The position numbers were made by a program, and so were the translations under genes. The notes beneath the pieces were generated by a model. That model saw nothing but the letters and a program-made list of their open reading frames with translations. It ran no database searches and was not told the DNA's origin. Below, one piece after another: positions 61,773-64,000 of a stretch of DNA of 64,000 nucleotides. The stretch is from the human T2T-CHM13v2.0 reference genome, Homo sapiens, in the NCBI RefSeq assembly GCF_009914755.1, contig NC_060934.1. One strand, 5' to 3'. Within the stretch, counting starts at the first letter, position 1. Each line of letters starts with the position of its first letter.

Positions 61773-62221
61773 ACATCTGTGGGAGTTTAATCCTCTGCAT
61801 TGTGATGAAAATGCAATCTACTCAGAGGCCAAACATATTTAATGTAGAAAAATTTTAGTTACCTGAAAGTTTTGTTTGTTTGGTTGTCTCCAAATAAATA
61901 GGAGCCGTATTTGGGTCTGGAAGCCATGAAGTCTTGGGGAGAGCTTCACAGATGTTTGGTGGGTTTCCAAAGACAATTAGCATATAACTCCAAGAGTGGA
62001 GTGAAATAGAATGTGTGCTTGTTTCTTTTCTTTGTTAGTACCAAAATAGATTTGTGTTTATTTGATAGAAAAAAAAAATTCTAGCATGATTAAAAGGTTC
62101 AGACATTAAGTGGTACATTTTGAAATTGCTGCATAGCTATATGGTTTCCACTAACATCTGTGGGAGTTTAATTTTCTGCATTGCGATGAAAATGCAATCT
62201 ACTCAGAGGCCAATCATATTT
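61773..62221 (+). repeat. Dispersed direct repeat, 68 bp x2 (61773-61840 and 62154-62221)
   Basis: 64/68 identical by manual alignment. Confidence 0.93.
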
Positions 62222-63050
62222 CTGGATTGTGGAATAAAATTAAAATGTTAATAGAGAGATAAAGCATCAGCAAACCTTAGAATCCTATAACTCTTCTCTG
62301 AGGAAAGGATGGATACCATATGATAATACCTGTACATGTCTCACTTAATTATAAACATGTCATCGTGTCCCATGCACATATCTATTTCACCATAATCCTC
62401 TCATATGGTCTCTGAATCAGTTCTCCCTGTCATGTAAAACAAGGACAGGCACTTCATCTGAGCAGGCTGTATGTGTTAACAGAAAAATATATACAAAGCT
62501 AAGTTTATATTCCAACTTTATCAGTCTATCACTTGAGGCCATTTGAGGCTTTTCAGTAAGGAGCAGAATATTTTCTTTCTCTATAAAATGCAAAACAAAT
62601 GTATCTTACACTGTTTTTGAAAATAGTAAATGAAATAATAAAACCAGAGTAGCTCTTCTGATTTGTCCAGACAACTTTCTCCTCCCAGGGCAGGATTGAG
62701 GCTTTTGGTGAACAGAAAACATGAGTAGAAGTGGAGGTAAAAATACTAGGAATTACTGGAGTGGCAAGAACAGCAGCAGTAGCGGTACTAACTAGAATTT
62801 ACAACGCGCTTGCTGTTTCCCAGCTCTCTGCCAACAAATATGACTTTTTGCAAATTGGAAAATAATTGTCACTTCCTCAAGAAAAGGTACTGATGATTAC
62901 ATGTATCTATGATGACAGTGAGCAGATTGATGCCTCCCTTGAAATGTGCAGTGTAGAAGTCATGCAATAGGAAGCTGCAGCCCTGGCTAAGCTTTCTGCA
63001 TACTTTCTCATTTAATTCTCACAAAAATTTTCCATGTATGAAGAGGTACT

Positions 63051-63372
63051 TTTTAAAATTTTATTTTAGAGACAGAATCTTGTTCTGTTGCCCAGGCTAG
63101 GGTGTTCTGTTGCCTAGGCAGAACCTCTGAGGGTGAGGCCCAGTAACCTGTGTTTTAAACAAGCCTTCCAAGTGAGTCTGATGCATGCAGATATTTGAGA
63201 ACCACTGGTCTAAGTATTGGTTAAAGTACTGAATTATCCAGAGTACTGAACTATAATGGCGTGATTATAGCTCATTGCATCTTTGAACTACTGGAGTCAG
63301 GCAATCCTCTTGCTTCAGCCTCCTAAGTAGCTGGGGCTACAAGTTGTATATATCCAGGGCCAGCTAATTTTT
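63051..63372 (-). mobile_element. Alu right monomer (FRAM/AluJ) interrupted by a 130-bp insertion
   Basis: Alu sequence stops at ~63118 and resumes at ~63250. Confidence 0.8.
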
Positions 63373-63374
63373 GT

Positions 63375-63677
63375 TTTTTTCTTTCTTTCTTTCTGAGGCA
63401 GAGTCTCACTCTGTTGCCCAGGCTGGAGTGCAAGTGGTACAATCTCAGCTCACTGCAATCTCTTCCTCCCGGGTTCAAGTGATTCTCATGTCTCAGCCTC
63501 CTGAGTAGCTGGGATTGCAAGCATGTGCCAAAACACCTGGCTAATTTTTGTATTTGTAGTAGATATGGGGTTTCACCATGTTGGCCATGCTGGTCTCGAA
63601 CTCCTAGGCTCAAGCAATCCTCCCGCCTCAGCCTCCCAAAATGTTGGAATTACATGCATGAGCCACTGTGCCTGGCC
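63375..63677 (-). mobile_element. AluJ/S
   Basis: Full dimer. Confidence 0.9.
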
Positions 63678-64000
63678 AGAGATACTATTATTACCTTTTC
63701 TTACAGATCAGAGAAGATACTATAGAGGCAGTAGTACAAACGGTGGCAACGCTGAGCAGCCAGCATCAACTAAGCACTTAATCTGTGCAAACACTGATCT
63801 AAACACTTCATGTGCAAAATTTTGCTGTATCCTCACAATGACTCTATGAATTCTATTATCGTAACCATTTTACTGATAAGAAAACAGAGGCTTAAGGAGA
63901 TTAAAAAACTTGCCCAAGTTTTCAAAATGAGCAAAGTATTAGATCTGGGACTCAAACCCAGGGTTATTTGACTCCAGTGCAGAACTTCTAAGCCGTCATT

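Noticed and set aside
61800-61870. Box C (GTGATGA) and box D (CTGA) snoRNA-like arrangement
   Set aside because: Antisense to the host gene, no terminal stem, and box C is mutated in the second copy.

Overview
Primate (almost certainly human) genomic DNA from the 5' part of ANK3 (ankyrin-G), transcribed on the minus strand. Three phase-0 coding exons for the first ankyrin repeats lie at 1752-1850, 2028-2126 and 2516-2617; the last is missed by the ORF track. The remaining ~61 kb is a large intron full of Alu, L1, L2, MIR, L3, LTR and DNA-transposon relics. Inside it is a short alternative first coding exon (ATG at 23338, MAVEEGESFPEQ, then a gtaagc donor) that splices in frame to the 2516-2617 exon. 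This exon has a compact TATA/GC-box/CCAAT promoter with muscle-type motifs and a start-stop plus uORF in its leader. I see no clearly new biological system. The most unusual sequence-level observations are local templated duplications at 61.2-63.3 kb (including a MER5A-plus-flank copy pasted inverted into an Alu), a possible templated insertion in an L1, and a close inverted pair of similar L1PA 3' ends. Repeat family names come from remembered consensus sequences, not from a RepeatMasker run, and repeat boundaries are approximate unless TSDs are quoted.
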